Origin: Cyanophora paradoxa CCMP329
Taxonomy: Eukaryota > Plantae > Glaucophyta
Reading direction: 5' to 3'
Length of the DNA stretch: 64,000 bases
Assembly (NCBI GenBank): GCA_004431415.1
Contig: QPMI01000072.1
Coordinates: forward strand, 1-64,000
Shown: positions 1 to 12,315 of the stretch, piece after piece
Numbering within the stretch: position 1 is the first letter of the stretch
Layout: every line of letters starts with the position of its first letter
Notes under the pieces: model-generated
The model's input: only the letters and a program-made list of their open reading frames with translations
What the model was told of the DNA's origin: nothing
The model's database searches: none
Made by a program: the position numbers and the translations under genes

Positions 1-3000
1 CGTCCCGGAACTTTGCATTCAATTGGCAGGCTCGTTGTCCAGACAGAGGGTAAAACGTGTCCTTTGCGCCGTCTTTAGGAGGGGCACCGAATGCCAGAAG
101 AGTAGAGACGGTGCTACCTCCAATGTTAAACGATGCAACACCAGTCCAGGACATGAGCAGAACCCCTCCGTTGCCACACGGTTGGGCCATGTTGGCATGA
201 TCCCGGCTCCATTGCATCATATATTTTACAATCGTCTTGATTAGGAAAGACTTCCCTGTACCGCCTGGTCCGACACACGCCACATGTAAGGGTAGTTTGG
301 GAGAGATGGCAGGGAGTTCCACTTGTCGGCAAGCTGGCATCCCGGCATTCGCAGCTAGCTTTGCATTGTAACTATGCAACCGGAACCAATCAGGTCATTA
401 TAATAAAAATAACGAAAGCCAGCACACTCGGATTGAGAGGTGTAGTGTTTTTCGAGCCGACTAGTCATTTGACGGACGGCAACCATCAGCTCCCGTTGTC
501 GGGGCTTCAATTTCGTTTCCATGTCTGGCAGGCTCATTGAATCAAGATCATGCAAATCGACACTTGAATTCGACGTAGCCGGGACGGGTGGCTGAATCGA
601 ACTAGGTGGCTCAGAGTTGGCCGCCTCTGGTTCCGAAGGGATAGCAGCCGGTGCAATGTTTGGTCCACCACCTTGCGCTCCCGCAGGAGGAACGGAGTCA
701 TGAGGGAGCATTTCGGCATCGACCCCCTGGACTCCTTCGGGTGCACGGGGTCGCACATGGGACGTGGATGATGCTGTGCCAGTGGTCGAGCGATTATCAT
801 GGTGCAAATCTCTCCCAGCAGCCAATCGCGCATCCCTGTCGAATTTTTGGAGAGATCGTTCGAGACGTGCAGCCATATGACAGTGAGTAAACTGTATGTT
901 GTACTCTATAGTTGCACGGTGACGGATGACGGCGGCGGATATAACTTCTGGAGTAACGTCATCCTCAGACTCGACCCCCAGCAGATCGCGCAGTTCGTTC
1001 CGGAAAGGGACATGCATAAAAAGAAGACTGTACAAGCTGTCCGGATCGCCATCCTTCGGAACCCGAACCCGAATTGCGCGCGGTCGACGACGCTGTTGCA
1101 GCACGTGCCGATGGAAAGGTTTGCCCATCGAGGTCCGTGGACACACGCTGGTAACGGAAATTTATGATTACCAGTTGTGTGAAATGCAAGGATCCGATTA
1201 AAAACAAATATACCCGGAGGCAGCAATTTTGGGTCGAAGTGGTGCTGTTGTCTGCGGATGTTGTTTCCGGATAGCCTCATTCGACCATGCCGGATTCGGC
1301 TCCCAATCATTCAAATTAGTGCCATTGTCCATTCCATCGCAATCCACATCCTCGCTTGTGAGATTCGAATCAGGGCCGGCGCCCTTTGGGGCATCACCAA
1401 GGAAATGTATGTTGAACCAATTCATGTACTGCATGAATGTCAACGATTCGAATATAGGTGGCGCATCTAATACATCCATCAGTTCGAACGGTCGTAAAAA
1501 AACCACCCCGAAAGCATGCACGTACCAGCAGGGTCTTTGGTGCGAGCCATATAATAATCGATCTGATCGTCGGCCCATGCATCTTGATCTTCAGGATTCT
1601 TCTGCATCCTGAATTCAAGATCTTTTTTACGACGCAGATGTTTGGTGCGCTTCGACGGAAGATAAGCCCCCACTGAGCATGATGTCCTTGATGAATAAAA
1701 TAAAGGGAGACCTGCCAACAGAAAATGCATATTCAGGTAAATCAAAGTGGAATGATACAATTCAATTAATTCGAAGCCAAGGAAGTATAGGGTACAGACC
1801 CAGGCAATATAATCCTGCTTCCTGTTTCGACATTGTCCGACACCCGAGCATAGCATTACGCATCTATATGAGGGGTCCCGACAGTCAGCGTCATGTGTAG
1901 CAAGGAATCCAGGCACGCGATGCAGCATGCCTTCAGAAGATCTGATTAGTCGACGCCTCATCCGGCAAGTCGCTCAATACGGCCTCCACAGCTTTCATCT
2001 CCTCCGTTCATCCTTAGTCATATAGCGAGAATATACGCGGCTATCTGTAAGGGTTCGTCACTACTTGAATATCCATATTGGCCTGCAGAGCTGGATGATG
2101 ACGTCGTGAAAGTTATTCGTGTAACGATCGTCCTGCGTTGTTCGCCGGAAGATCACCTCTTGTCACCACGGCACATAAATCGCTCTTCATGCGAACTCCG
2201 CAGATGAGTCTTAGAAGCAAACACCTGGGGAAATCCGAAGCGACATTTACAGCGCTCCTTGTATTCCGCCATGAACTTCGCAATGCGGGCAGAACGGGCG
2301 ACGTGCTCAGAAGGTGCTGCTTTTCCATAGCGGCCAACTGGTCGTCGAGGACGCTATTGCGGCGAATCCGGAAGGGGGTCATGTAGTTCCGCACTGTCAT
2401 CTACCGTAGGCAATTTCCGATGACGTCGAAACTTAAAGGAAGCAGCAGGATCGATCCTGCAAGTATGAGAGTGTTTATGTCGATTGAACGGGCAACGTAA
2501 TTCTGTAAACGAGGTGTTGCCCATGGTTGAGCGAAAGGCCTTCCGTTCGAGGTTGCTGAAGTTGAATCGTCGGTTCGCGTACACATGAACGGGGGCAGAG
2601 TAAAAAATGAGGAAATCGAATGACTCACCTCGGTTTTGACGACTGTATCAAGCCACTCACAAACTTGCTCGGCATTGAACGTGGGATCCGAAGGGTCCAA
2701 GTTCGGTGGCGGTGTTGTCACACCATCTCGGATGCGCTCACCCAACCAGATTACCAAATGAGCATGCAGCGATCCACGACTCTGTACCTCATACCTTCGA
2801 TTACATTATTGGCGAGAATTAAGTACGGTATGAACCTAACCGCGAACCGACAAAGAAATCAACCACCGGCCAACCAAATAAGACCTCCCCGCCTCCGATT
2901 GGAAGAGATCAAGCATGGCACGGACAACGCTCGTCGAAATGTTCAGCCACGATTCCAGGGTTATCGTTCAGCAATTTAACAACCTCGTCACGATTCGCAG

Positions 3001-5353
3001 TGAACGCCGTTACATCTGCACTGGACCGGAAACGAATAGATCGATTGCACGCAATAAGTCCGGCCAATGAAGGTCGTCGCTGGAGAGAGTCATGTAGATA
3101 TGAGGAAATCCAATCGTAGTGAACATGCTGTGTAATTTATTTCTCGCGTTGATCCAATACGCGGCTGTACCGCGCACCTAATTGAACACCACTTTGGTCA
3201 GCACAGCAGAGCAGTAATATATACAAGGGCAAAGACGTGAACGTGCGTTACGTGTCATTGTACGGTAGCACCGCGTACGAATGGCCAAAGCGTCGAGGGA
3301 ATGGTCTTCCACAGTACTGTTTATTAAATTTAATGCGTCGGCAACAGTCAAGGGGCATTGGAAGCGACATTGTGGGTGTCACGATTATCGGTTGACATAG
3401 CATTGACTATATGATCCCGCACAAAATTGAATCCACGCCATGCATCATCATCCAATATAATTGACACGGAATTCAGAAGAGCAGCAGGATCTCGCTGGAA
3501 GGAGCAGATGATGCTGCAAGGCATCGGTGTGAAAAAATTCACGGGCCGTGAGTTCGATTGGCCTGGCGGGATCATGCAGGCCGTGCGTGCCTGAAGTAAC
3601 TAACTTAATCTCGGGCGGCACGGTTTCAAATAGCAAATAGCTTACCTGTAGGATAAACTGACAAGAAGGAGCAGACGTCTGTTTCGGGCGCATGCGCACG
3701 GATAATACGGCCGGCGTTTACAGGGAGAGTGCTAAGCGAAGTTCCTTTCAGATTCACGGCGACAGAAGGGCAGATCGGACGGTTCAGAGGCGAGGAGTCA
3801 GAGACTCCGTCATCCGAATCATCACTATCCGAATCATCGGCCTCGCGTGGGTTAACGACATTGTCAGTAGTTCCAGCATTCCATTTCTCAATTTCGGCCA
3901 GTAGCTCGGGATCGGTTGGATCACGCAATAGAATATTCTGATAATACAGGTGCTTGGTGGTATTCCGCAGGCATTCGAGAACTTCGAAGCAGCGATCCAG
4001 CCTAACGCGGTTGTACCAAGTCTCTCCACCTTTCGGCTTTCGTTGATTCACCAAGCAAACCTTCCCTCTTGGTGGAAGTGGGAAAATTGCTTTGATATTG
4101 TTGATGGGGTTGCAGGGTACAAAAATCACTCGTCCTTGAGAACTAGTTGCCCTCCACCCATCCTGCGACCATTCTGCCCTTTTGGTCCTCGAACATGAAT
4201 TAACTGAGATAGCATACGAAATTACATGACGGTAAATGAGAGTGACAAATAGATATCACCTGATAGTTATTAACCGCTGACACATCAGCAATTCCGGGTA
4301 CGTTAAATCAGACAAAAGACGTCGCGTACTTTCATCGACCTCCACACAGTGCAGACGATTCTGGACAAAATCTGCTTTAGCCGGGTGTGTCGATAAGTAT
4401 CCAATAACACATACCAAGCGCGAGAAGGGGCAGAAAGGTCGTTCCGGAGTGCATTGAAAAGCATGGCACCGGGTACAAAATTCGACACTTGCCTGATCAA
4501 CGGGTATTCCATGCAGACGCAATACTGAACACGGTTGACAGCACACATCTGTAAGTACACACTGACAACTCGATTCATGATGTCGTAGCGGTGAAGCATT
4601 CCCAGAAGACACACATTGGCAGCGATGACATGCAATTTATCTGACCGCCTTGACTCTGTGCAGCAGCTACACAGTCGCCGGATGCAGTATAGCTTGAGAA
4701 AAAATAACCTGGCAGCATCCTTTAATGCTTGGTTTGAAATCTCGTTCCAGAACTGAATCGGTTCATAGCTGATGCAAGCATATGCATGAGAAGTAGACGT
4801 GCGTACACGGAAACGCAAACTTACTCGGACAATAAGGTGGCGAAATCCGTGTGAAGTTCCAAGAGACGTTCAGTCTTGTTGCGCCTGCTACGACTTGCAC
4901 TCTTCGCGTGTTCCGAGGGTCTGAGAGGATTCGACGCATGGCGAGCTGCAGGAAAATAAAACAGAGATAAACGGACATGAAAAGAAAATTCAAATGTCAC
5001 CCCGCACGTACCCGAATCATAATCACGCAATAATTGCCTGTCAGAGTCAGGGAGCGCATTTCTCAGGCGACCACGGTACGAATTCTCTGAAAAAGCGCCC
5101 GTCATGCCAGTTCACTAAGGGTTGCAAGTTCTAATAAACACTCACTTGTTTGTCTGCTAGGCTGGGTCGATCGGTGAGCTATAGACCGATGGGCCTCCCA
5201 ACAAGGACGATCAGCGAGTACGGTGCCACACAGACCACATGGAAATTTGTCGTCCAGTGTAATATCGTGGGCACCAGCCAAGTGGTATCGCCATTCATTC
5301 TCGGTCCGAAATGCAGCCCTGCATGAGGCGGCACCGACACAACGGTACGCAAA
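1..5353 (-). CDS. Helitron2/Helentron-type Rep/helicase (RepHel) transposase; multi-exon, several 1-bp frameshifts, truncated at left window edge inside the PIF1 helicase
   Basis: Manual minus-strand translation. Rep motif 1 region GTAAYW...KLHSMFTTIGFPHIYMTLSSDDLHWPD (~3059-3180). HUH motif EVQSRGSLHAHLVIWL (2743-2790). HKHSHTC (~2460-2480). NNF...ANMDIQVV...YIL.YMTKDE tyrosine motif (~2005-2120, frameshifted). RTMSKQEAG (~1812-1840). PIF1 Walker A GPGGTGKSFLI (248-271) and motif Ia TGVASFNIGGSTVSTLL (~95-145). Upstream VIFVP...RVRLDRCFEVLECLR...LYYQNI segment typical of these elements. Two C2H2 fingers at 5146-5353. GT-AG introns. True start may lie further upstream (~5700-6000). Confidence 0.93.
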
Positions 5354-6125
5354 CTATAAAAAAGATGCACGCAAATTAGCGAGAGGCAAACGGTCCGAAA
5401 CAAAAATACCACTTGCATGTTGAGCTGGGGTTGCATGCACGAATCGATGGAGAAGAGGCGGAGTTGATAAAGAAGACTGCGACAGATGGCACGGTCTAGG
5501 TGCAATTTTAGGAAAACGTTGCACCTAACATGGCAGCGACGTTACACCGGAATATAATACCCATATTATTCAGCACGCACAATTTCGAGAAAACGTGAGG
5601 GCGTGAATGATGAAGAACCGGTAGAGGTTATAGGCAAATTGCACATCGGGCGGTGCAGCCCCGCCATGAATATATTGACTCGTTCAACCTGCGTCGACAA
5701 ATGTAAGAACATTCCACGTCTCCACGCAACAGCACATATTCGGCAGCAGCGCGCAGAGGGCCTCCGAGATCTTGACACGATACGCACGGGCCAAATTCGA
5801 GGACGCGCCCCGGCCGCGAGAAGCCCTTGCGTCTAAAGCCTGCAACGCGTACGCTCTCGGCGCCCTGCCTCGGCAGGAAGGGACGTACAGCGGCGCACGC
5901 GACGGGAGCACCAGGGCGACGTGCGGCCGTCAAGGACACACCGCCGGCCGAAAGTCCACGATGGTCCACGTGTACCAGGGTAGCTGAGCACGCTAGACGC
6001 CAACTGGGGATGCAGTTCCTAAAGAAGATGCTAGGCGGCAAGACTAACCGTACTAATTCAACGACCACCCACAGGGGTATCGCATAAAAAACACAGTAGT
6101 TGGAAGCAGCACCAGCTATATTAAG

Positions 6126-6709
6126 ATGTCTAGCGGGAAGACGATCGCCATATCCAAGGACCTTGTCGCAAACGCGACGCAATACGCACAGAGAGCATAC
6201 GATAGCGTATTACGGGATGTTAGACAGGATGCCGTTGCCAATCTCGGAGACTTCCCCTCGGAATGCAGGGCCGACCTCGTAGAGCTGGAATACACAGCAT
6301 TGCAGTTAACCGGCAAGCGGCTGATCACGAATCGACAGTTCAATCGACTCGTATGGGCGGCGGAGGTGTACGCGCAGTTCGCCGAAGTTGACCGGTGTCT
6401 GCAAGCAGAAGCTATGGAGATTAAGCGTGACAACGAGCCTAGTCAGTTCTGCGGCGTATTAAGCGTCTCCCCTTTTCAGCCGGGACACGATGGCGAGTGC
6501 TAGCTTTGAAACGGAAGTGGAATTGGAAACTGAAGGCGACTGACGAGAAACACGTGGAAGCAGCGGCAGCTCAAGATCGGGACATCGAAGATCTGGAAAT
6601 ATACGCAACAGTATCAGAGGCAATCGCTGCAGTGGAGACTAGGATCGCAGATATTGAACGCGGAGGGCAACGAGCAGCGGGGACTGTAATAAGGCTGGTG
6701 GGTTGGTAA
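6126..6709 (+). CDS. Small alpha-helical/coiled-coil hypothetical protein (~181 aa), divergent from RepHel; one 38-nt intron (6442-6479)
   Basis: ORFs 6126-6503 and 6497-6709 join in frame by removing gtcagt...ttttcag, giving ...DNEP-T-GTRWRVLALKRKW...; heptad-like C-terminus (VSEAIAAVETRIADIERG). Confidence 0.65.
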
Positions 6710-7225
6710 GCATGAATTATCTGTACATGAACACAATAACGTATGCGTGGATTTGAACTGAAACATGCAATCGGATGCAGTGAGGAGTGTTTGGAGGTCC
6801 GGAGAAAGAAGAAGAGCGCGTGGGGAAAATGCAGCAAGCATGCAATTACACGGGACCAAACCTCCAAGATTGACAGTACAAATTGTAGGCAGTAACTACC
6901 AGTTGTTCAGCAGGAATTAATATACATCATTCTAAGATGATATCCAACTTTAACTGGTGAACTTGCAAGGCAGATTCCAGAGCCTGGCAGATGCAAGGCA
7001 GTGGCATGGCAGCAGACGAACATGAGAGATGCCACAGTGCAGGTTCCGCAAGCCAGAAGCAGGTATATATACGGAAGGAACGAAGGGCGGGGGGCCAACT
7101 GGATGCATATGCGGGTTGGATAGAGGCAGGGAGAATTAGGGAAGCTGAAGGAAAATGCGATGTAAGATGTAAGAAACGCGTGTGTAAGAAACACTCATCG
7201 ACAAAATTGGGCGAACCTGGAGCGA

Positions 7226-9258
7226 TCAGTCGTCAAGTACTATTTCGTCGACGACCTCGAAAGGGTGGTAGCCGGCTCGTGACCGAGACATCTCTTCGAC
7301 GAGGACGGTAATACGAAGCGCGAGCCGGGCGGATCGATCGAGGATGGCAGCGAGAGTCTCAGAGGCGCCCATGGCTGCCGCGTGCACCGCCTTGACCGAA
7401 TCCTCATCGGCCCACTGGATGATGTGAGAGGCACGGTTGCAGATGCTGGTGACCGACCGGAGCCCCTGCTGTATGTCGGCCACAAGGCCGCTGCGCTGAG
7501 ACCGAGCAGCGAGAAATGCCTGGAAGTGGCCGGCCACCGCGCGCGTCACAGTGACAACTCCAGCGACCGATGGCGTGTCGTAGAAGACCTCGGCGAGACT
7601 GTTGGACGCACCGAACGCTGCAGCAGCTGCAGAAGCTGCATACAGTGGAATACGGCGGGAGGACAAGAGGAGGCCACCGACAAGCCCGAGAGCGGCAAGC
7701 CGAGGGCAGTTGCGGGCGACTTGTGCTATAGAGCTGACCAGAATGCCGTGCACTTCAGGCGCGGGGGCCGCTATAGGAATCACGAGGCGCTCGAGGGTGT
7801 CCGATGAGAGGCGCATAGCAAAGTCCGATACGAGACGCGTATTGTACTTGTGATCGAAGATGCGATGAGCAGAAAGGTCGAGGGATACAAGATATTTGAG
7901 ATTGTGGATGAGGTCGGCGACGTGGATGAGTTTCTCGGGCAGCACGGGGCTGCGCAGAACCTCGAGGGACCACGGTAGGTAGTTAACATCTATGCACCCG
8001 CCGGGTACTGACGGGATCGAGTTCTCAAAGTGAGTAATGTGATTCTGCAGATGGTCGTCCATCCACTCAAAATCAAACAGACTGCGGAGATTGACACGCA
8101 TGGTTGACGGGGCCGCCACTGCCGGCGACGGCACCACGTGCGTGCGCGAAGCCCATGACTCGTAATCACCAAAGATGTCGAAGCTGACCATCGGAGAGTC
8201 GCACTCAAATGTGATCTCGACGGGCGCTCGCAACAACGGAGGTATGAAGTACAGCCCCTCGTGTGCATGACCCACGGGAAGGACCCTCGGACGATAACCG
8301 ACCGAGCATCGAGCCGCGACTCGACGAAGTGACAGCTGTTGGTTGCGCACTGGTACGCAATGGCGCCCGTAGATATCTCGAGCCGGTCAAGGAAGAACGG
8401 ACCAAGGGACCAGCCTCCGAATCTGCGACGAGTGCATGTGATTAAAATGCAGGATCACTTGTAAAAGTAGAACAGGAGTAAATTTCGCTGTTGCTTCAAA
8501 GATACCAGCGATGAGACGGCGAACCTATCAACATAGCAGGAGCGGGGGGCAGTGGTGCCAGGCAGCGGCAAAGGCTTGAAATGCAGAGCGTCCAGGCCTT
8601 CGAGCTCATTGGATGCCAGATCATCAAAGACGAGCACCTTGGCCGACGTGTTCTTGGCGACGACGTACCATTTGCCGTGCACGGGGCGCGCGTTCCCCGG
8701 GTGGGCGGCGCTAGTGGACAGGGCGAGTGACCACTGATCTGCCGGGATGGCTGCTGGCCCATCGAAATCGGAAGGCCGAAAAGATTCGTTGACGATAACG
8801 TCCAAGAACTTCGCGATGTACGGATGCCGACGGGGCGGGACGTCGAAGATGCGCGATACGACGCGGAGTAGGCTGCTCTTGCCAGAGAGGAGGTGGTGGA
8901 CCCAGCGACCGAGGAAGGCAAGAATAGGCGCGGTGTGCTGTTCACTAGAAAGGGGCTCCGCAGGGTTGACGTAGCCAACGTCGCGGAGCGCCGCGTCGAG
9001 GTCGAGAACGACGCCGCGCTTCCCGTGATAAGGGACCACGGACGACGACGACATGAAAATACTGCGGGCCCGCCGATGCGTGTGTGCGAACGCCACAGCC
9101 GAACGGGGGTCTGATCCGAGGTGACGCATGATTTCGGCCATCACCAGGTCTGGGAGCCCGTCCAGAGGAGAGAACCTGGAACGGATAGTGGTCGTGTGAT
9201 AATCAGTCCGTACGCGCTCAGCGGCCGGAGGTGGTCGGGTGCGGGGCGCTGGAGGCAT
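7226..9258 (-). CDS. F-box protein with LRR-like C-terminal region, copy 1 (intron 8423-8524; 1-bp frameshift near 8275); extra upstream exons likely to ~9950
   Basis: F-box-like LDGLPDLVMAEIMRHLGSDPRSAVAFAHTHRRARSIF (~9055-9165). LRR-like LVSLDLS, LERLVIP, NCPRLAALGL. Collinear with the paralog at 12316-14399. Confidence 0.7.
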
Positions 9259-10981
9259 AGGGTGGGGTAGAAGCAAAGAGTGCAGTCTGGAAGCGTGGGG
9301 CCTGGGCTTGAGGGTGACGGGGAGTTGAAGGGGGGCGGCCGGGACGAGGAGCTGGAGGGCAGCAAGGGAAGGGGGTCTGGGTGCGGCAGAGCAGGTTGAT
9401 GGAAGACTCGGCCCGGGGCGGGGCGAGCAAAGACGACGGGGGCGAACAGCGGAGCACAGGGAGGGTTTGAAAGGCCCATTTGGAGTTTCGGTGAGGGCTT
9501 TAAACTAATATTCGAAGTACAGTCCAACAGTGCGCACGTGCACGGCTCCGCGGCCGCCGGAGCGACATCCGGATCCGCCGGGAAGACTCTCGCTGGATCT
9601 TCAGAAGGAGGACACGCCGTGCCAGACGTAGAAGCAGATACAGGGGCATCAGCTGAAGAGAACCTGCTGAGCGATGAGCACAGCCGAATTTCGGACAACC
9701 GTCTAGCTGCATGCGCCATGCTAGCTGGATGCACGTGCGCACCCAATCGGCAAATCCGGAGGTGATGCAGCTGCTCCTGCAGATGGGGCATCTGTGGCTC
9801 ACCTAAACGCAGCTGCAGATCCATGGGGGACAGAATAAAGGGGCGGACCGGGCAAGCTGTTCGTAGTGCGATTCGCAGGTCGACCACGCTTTGAGGGAGG
9901 CCTGCGAGCGAGATTGTGCAGCGTGTCGAGACGGACTGAGCGGTAGGGCGCATGGCGGGGCGCGCAGCGTGCAGCGCACCCTACGGGGACGCGAACATCG
10001 GCGATGGGATTTGCTTCAACGTCCGTCGACTCCGTAGACTTCGGTTTGCAATGGCGGGCCCTGCGGCAACGAGAGTAGACAAAGTACATGAGTGCGTGCG
10101 GAACAAGACGAACAGGCCCGATTCAGGCGCGCGGGCACCGAGTCTTCACCATGACCGCGCGTCCGATGGCTACAGGTGAGAACGGCCGGGCGACGGCAGA
10201 TTTTTGTAATATGCGATCAGCCGCAGAGGAGGCCTGATTAGCACGGGGGGTATCATTAAGGCGGCAAAACTGGCAATAGAAACCGGCTGCGATCCGGCGG
10301 CGAAACAGCCGTAGGGAGAGCAGACCCACCTGTTAAATTGGACGGGTACGTGCGGCCAGGTAGACATGAGCCGCCGATGATCTGCAGATTCGTGCACAGT
10401 CGCTGACCTGGCTGTAAGCGCGACGGCGAAGCGCGAGCTCGGCGCCTGCAATAAAACTACATGGAAGGATGCGGTGCTACATCTGGTGACCCCCAGGGTG
10501 CGGGCTGTCACACGCACGACCGGCGAAAGCGCGCGCCGCTGTCAGAGGAAAATTAATTCGGTGCACAAACAGAGTACACGATTGACACGGAAGATCACAA
10601 GTTCCTTCGGAAGTCCCAGTGATGCGGGAGAGCACTTCGCGCGCAGCGCCGACTTCCGAACTTGGCACAACGGACAATACGGTGACTGTGTACGTTCATA
10701 TATGGCTTCCGAATAACAAACATTCACTTATAATAATGCTCAGGATCGAAGAAGCACGAGAAAGCATCGATAATTCAAATCCATCGCCAAGCCACGTGAC
10801 GACCTCGGACGACAATTCTGGTGGGTATATACCCTATAAATCAGAAGTCATGTGGATATGGTGCACTAAACCAAATTGTCATGTCAGCCCCGCCCCGAAT
10901 TCTGCAGCGGCGGCTACTTATATAATAAAATATATTTGACATGACAGAAAGCACCGCAGCCCCTAATCAACAGTCCTATAG

Positions 10982-11700
10982 CTAGTAGTCTTCAGACGAA
11001 TCATATCCACATACATGGTCATCGTAGCAGTCCATTTCATTGCAGCAGAGACGATTGCAGATTTCGCCGCGGTCCTTGCCGTGTGTAAGGTCCTCTCCTG
11101 GCGCTGCTGGTGGTGCATGTCTCTCATTCCTGGCACGAGGATCGCCGTATCCCGATAATGAATGTTCCGCTTCAGAATCCGCCGACAGCGTATAACTGTG
11201 TGATTGGGGCAGAAGGTTGTGACAAAGAAGTAATCAAGCGCGCCCATGCGGGCATGAGCCCATGTTCGATCGGTACAGACATCGCATTTTATCATCTCGC
11301 TGCTATGTTCCTCACAGTAGAGGCTGCACAACAAGGGCGTCAGCTCCCGTCAGATATGTTGGTTTTGTGAGTAGGGTTGCAATTGAACACTTAAACGTCA
11401 GATATACACCACGCGAACCTGCCACAATCTTCCGATGAGCAACGGTATACCGTATGCTGACGACCGCAAGTACTGGCCATGGAGGGTTCGTGCAAGTCGT
11501 CATTGCAGAAAAGAATAGGACAGCCAGTGACGGATGAACACTGAGCAAGCCGGCACGTTCGTGCGGGTTCGAGCGGGCATGGGCCGTGCATACCGTCGAT
11601 GGCAGGGCACGGTCCGTACGCATGTGCACACGCGACGGCAATCTCATCCCCGGAACACGCTGCAGTCGAAGTAGGAGGTGGAACGGCTTCAGCTGACGGC
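10982..11700 (-). CDS. Cys/His-rich putative zinc-binding protein (spliced; one apparent frameshift ~11170)
   Basis: Joined reading ...CPILFCNDDLH...RCSSEDCG|SLYCEEHSSEMIKCDVC...FCPNH...ICNRLCCNEMDCYDDHVCGYDSSEDY* with a gttcgc...tgtgcag intron; stop at 10982-10984. Confidence 0.55.
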
Positions 11701-12315
11701 ACCATTACTATATGCTGGATCGAAATAACGTACCCCAAACGGGTACCCTAGTCGCTTCATGGCTCAGATCCATACATGACCCAGGCTCCATGCATCTACT
11801 TAAGCTTGCCTGCGAGCATGCCGGGCTTGCCGCCCGCTCTTCCTCCGCCTAGCCCCCGCCCTTGCCCTTTGCCCCCCTGCCCCGGCCCCGCCCCTCCTCC
11901 CCCACCGCCGCCGCATCCTCATCGTCCGCGGTCCTTGCCGCGCGGATATGAGAATAGCGTACATACACATAGCGGGATGCAGACCTGGATTAATCAGTCG
12001 TCGAGTACTACCACATCCAATTTCAAAAGGGCTATATAGTCCCAGGGGGGCTTGACATATACTTGCACATCGCGCCTTAAAAGCTTGTATAGATAATCAC
12101 ATGATGTGCCATGAGGAGAGTGTACAACTGAAGAGAGGGTACAAATTGCATCACGGGAATGGCACAAGTCACGCAGGAGGCAATAAACAAGTACGTGTGT
12201 ACTGAACTAGCGACCGATAGTTCAAGCAGTTGATATATCTGAAGCGTAAAGGATGTCAAGTGCGTGGATATGCGAATCACGTAGATACACATAGCCGGGC
12301 GCATACCTGGGTTGA

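Noticed and set aside
10542-10727. CPLC motif as a RING finger
   Set aside because: Only one CxxC pair; no remaining RING ligands found in a consistent frame or splice path.
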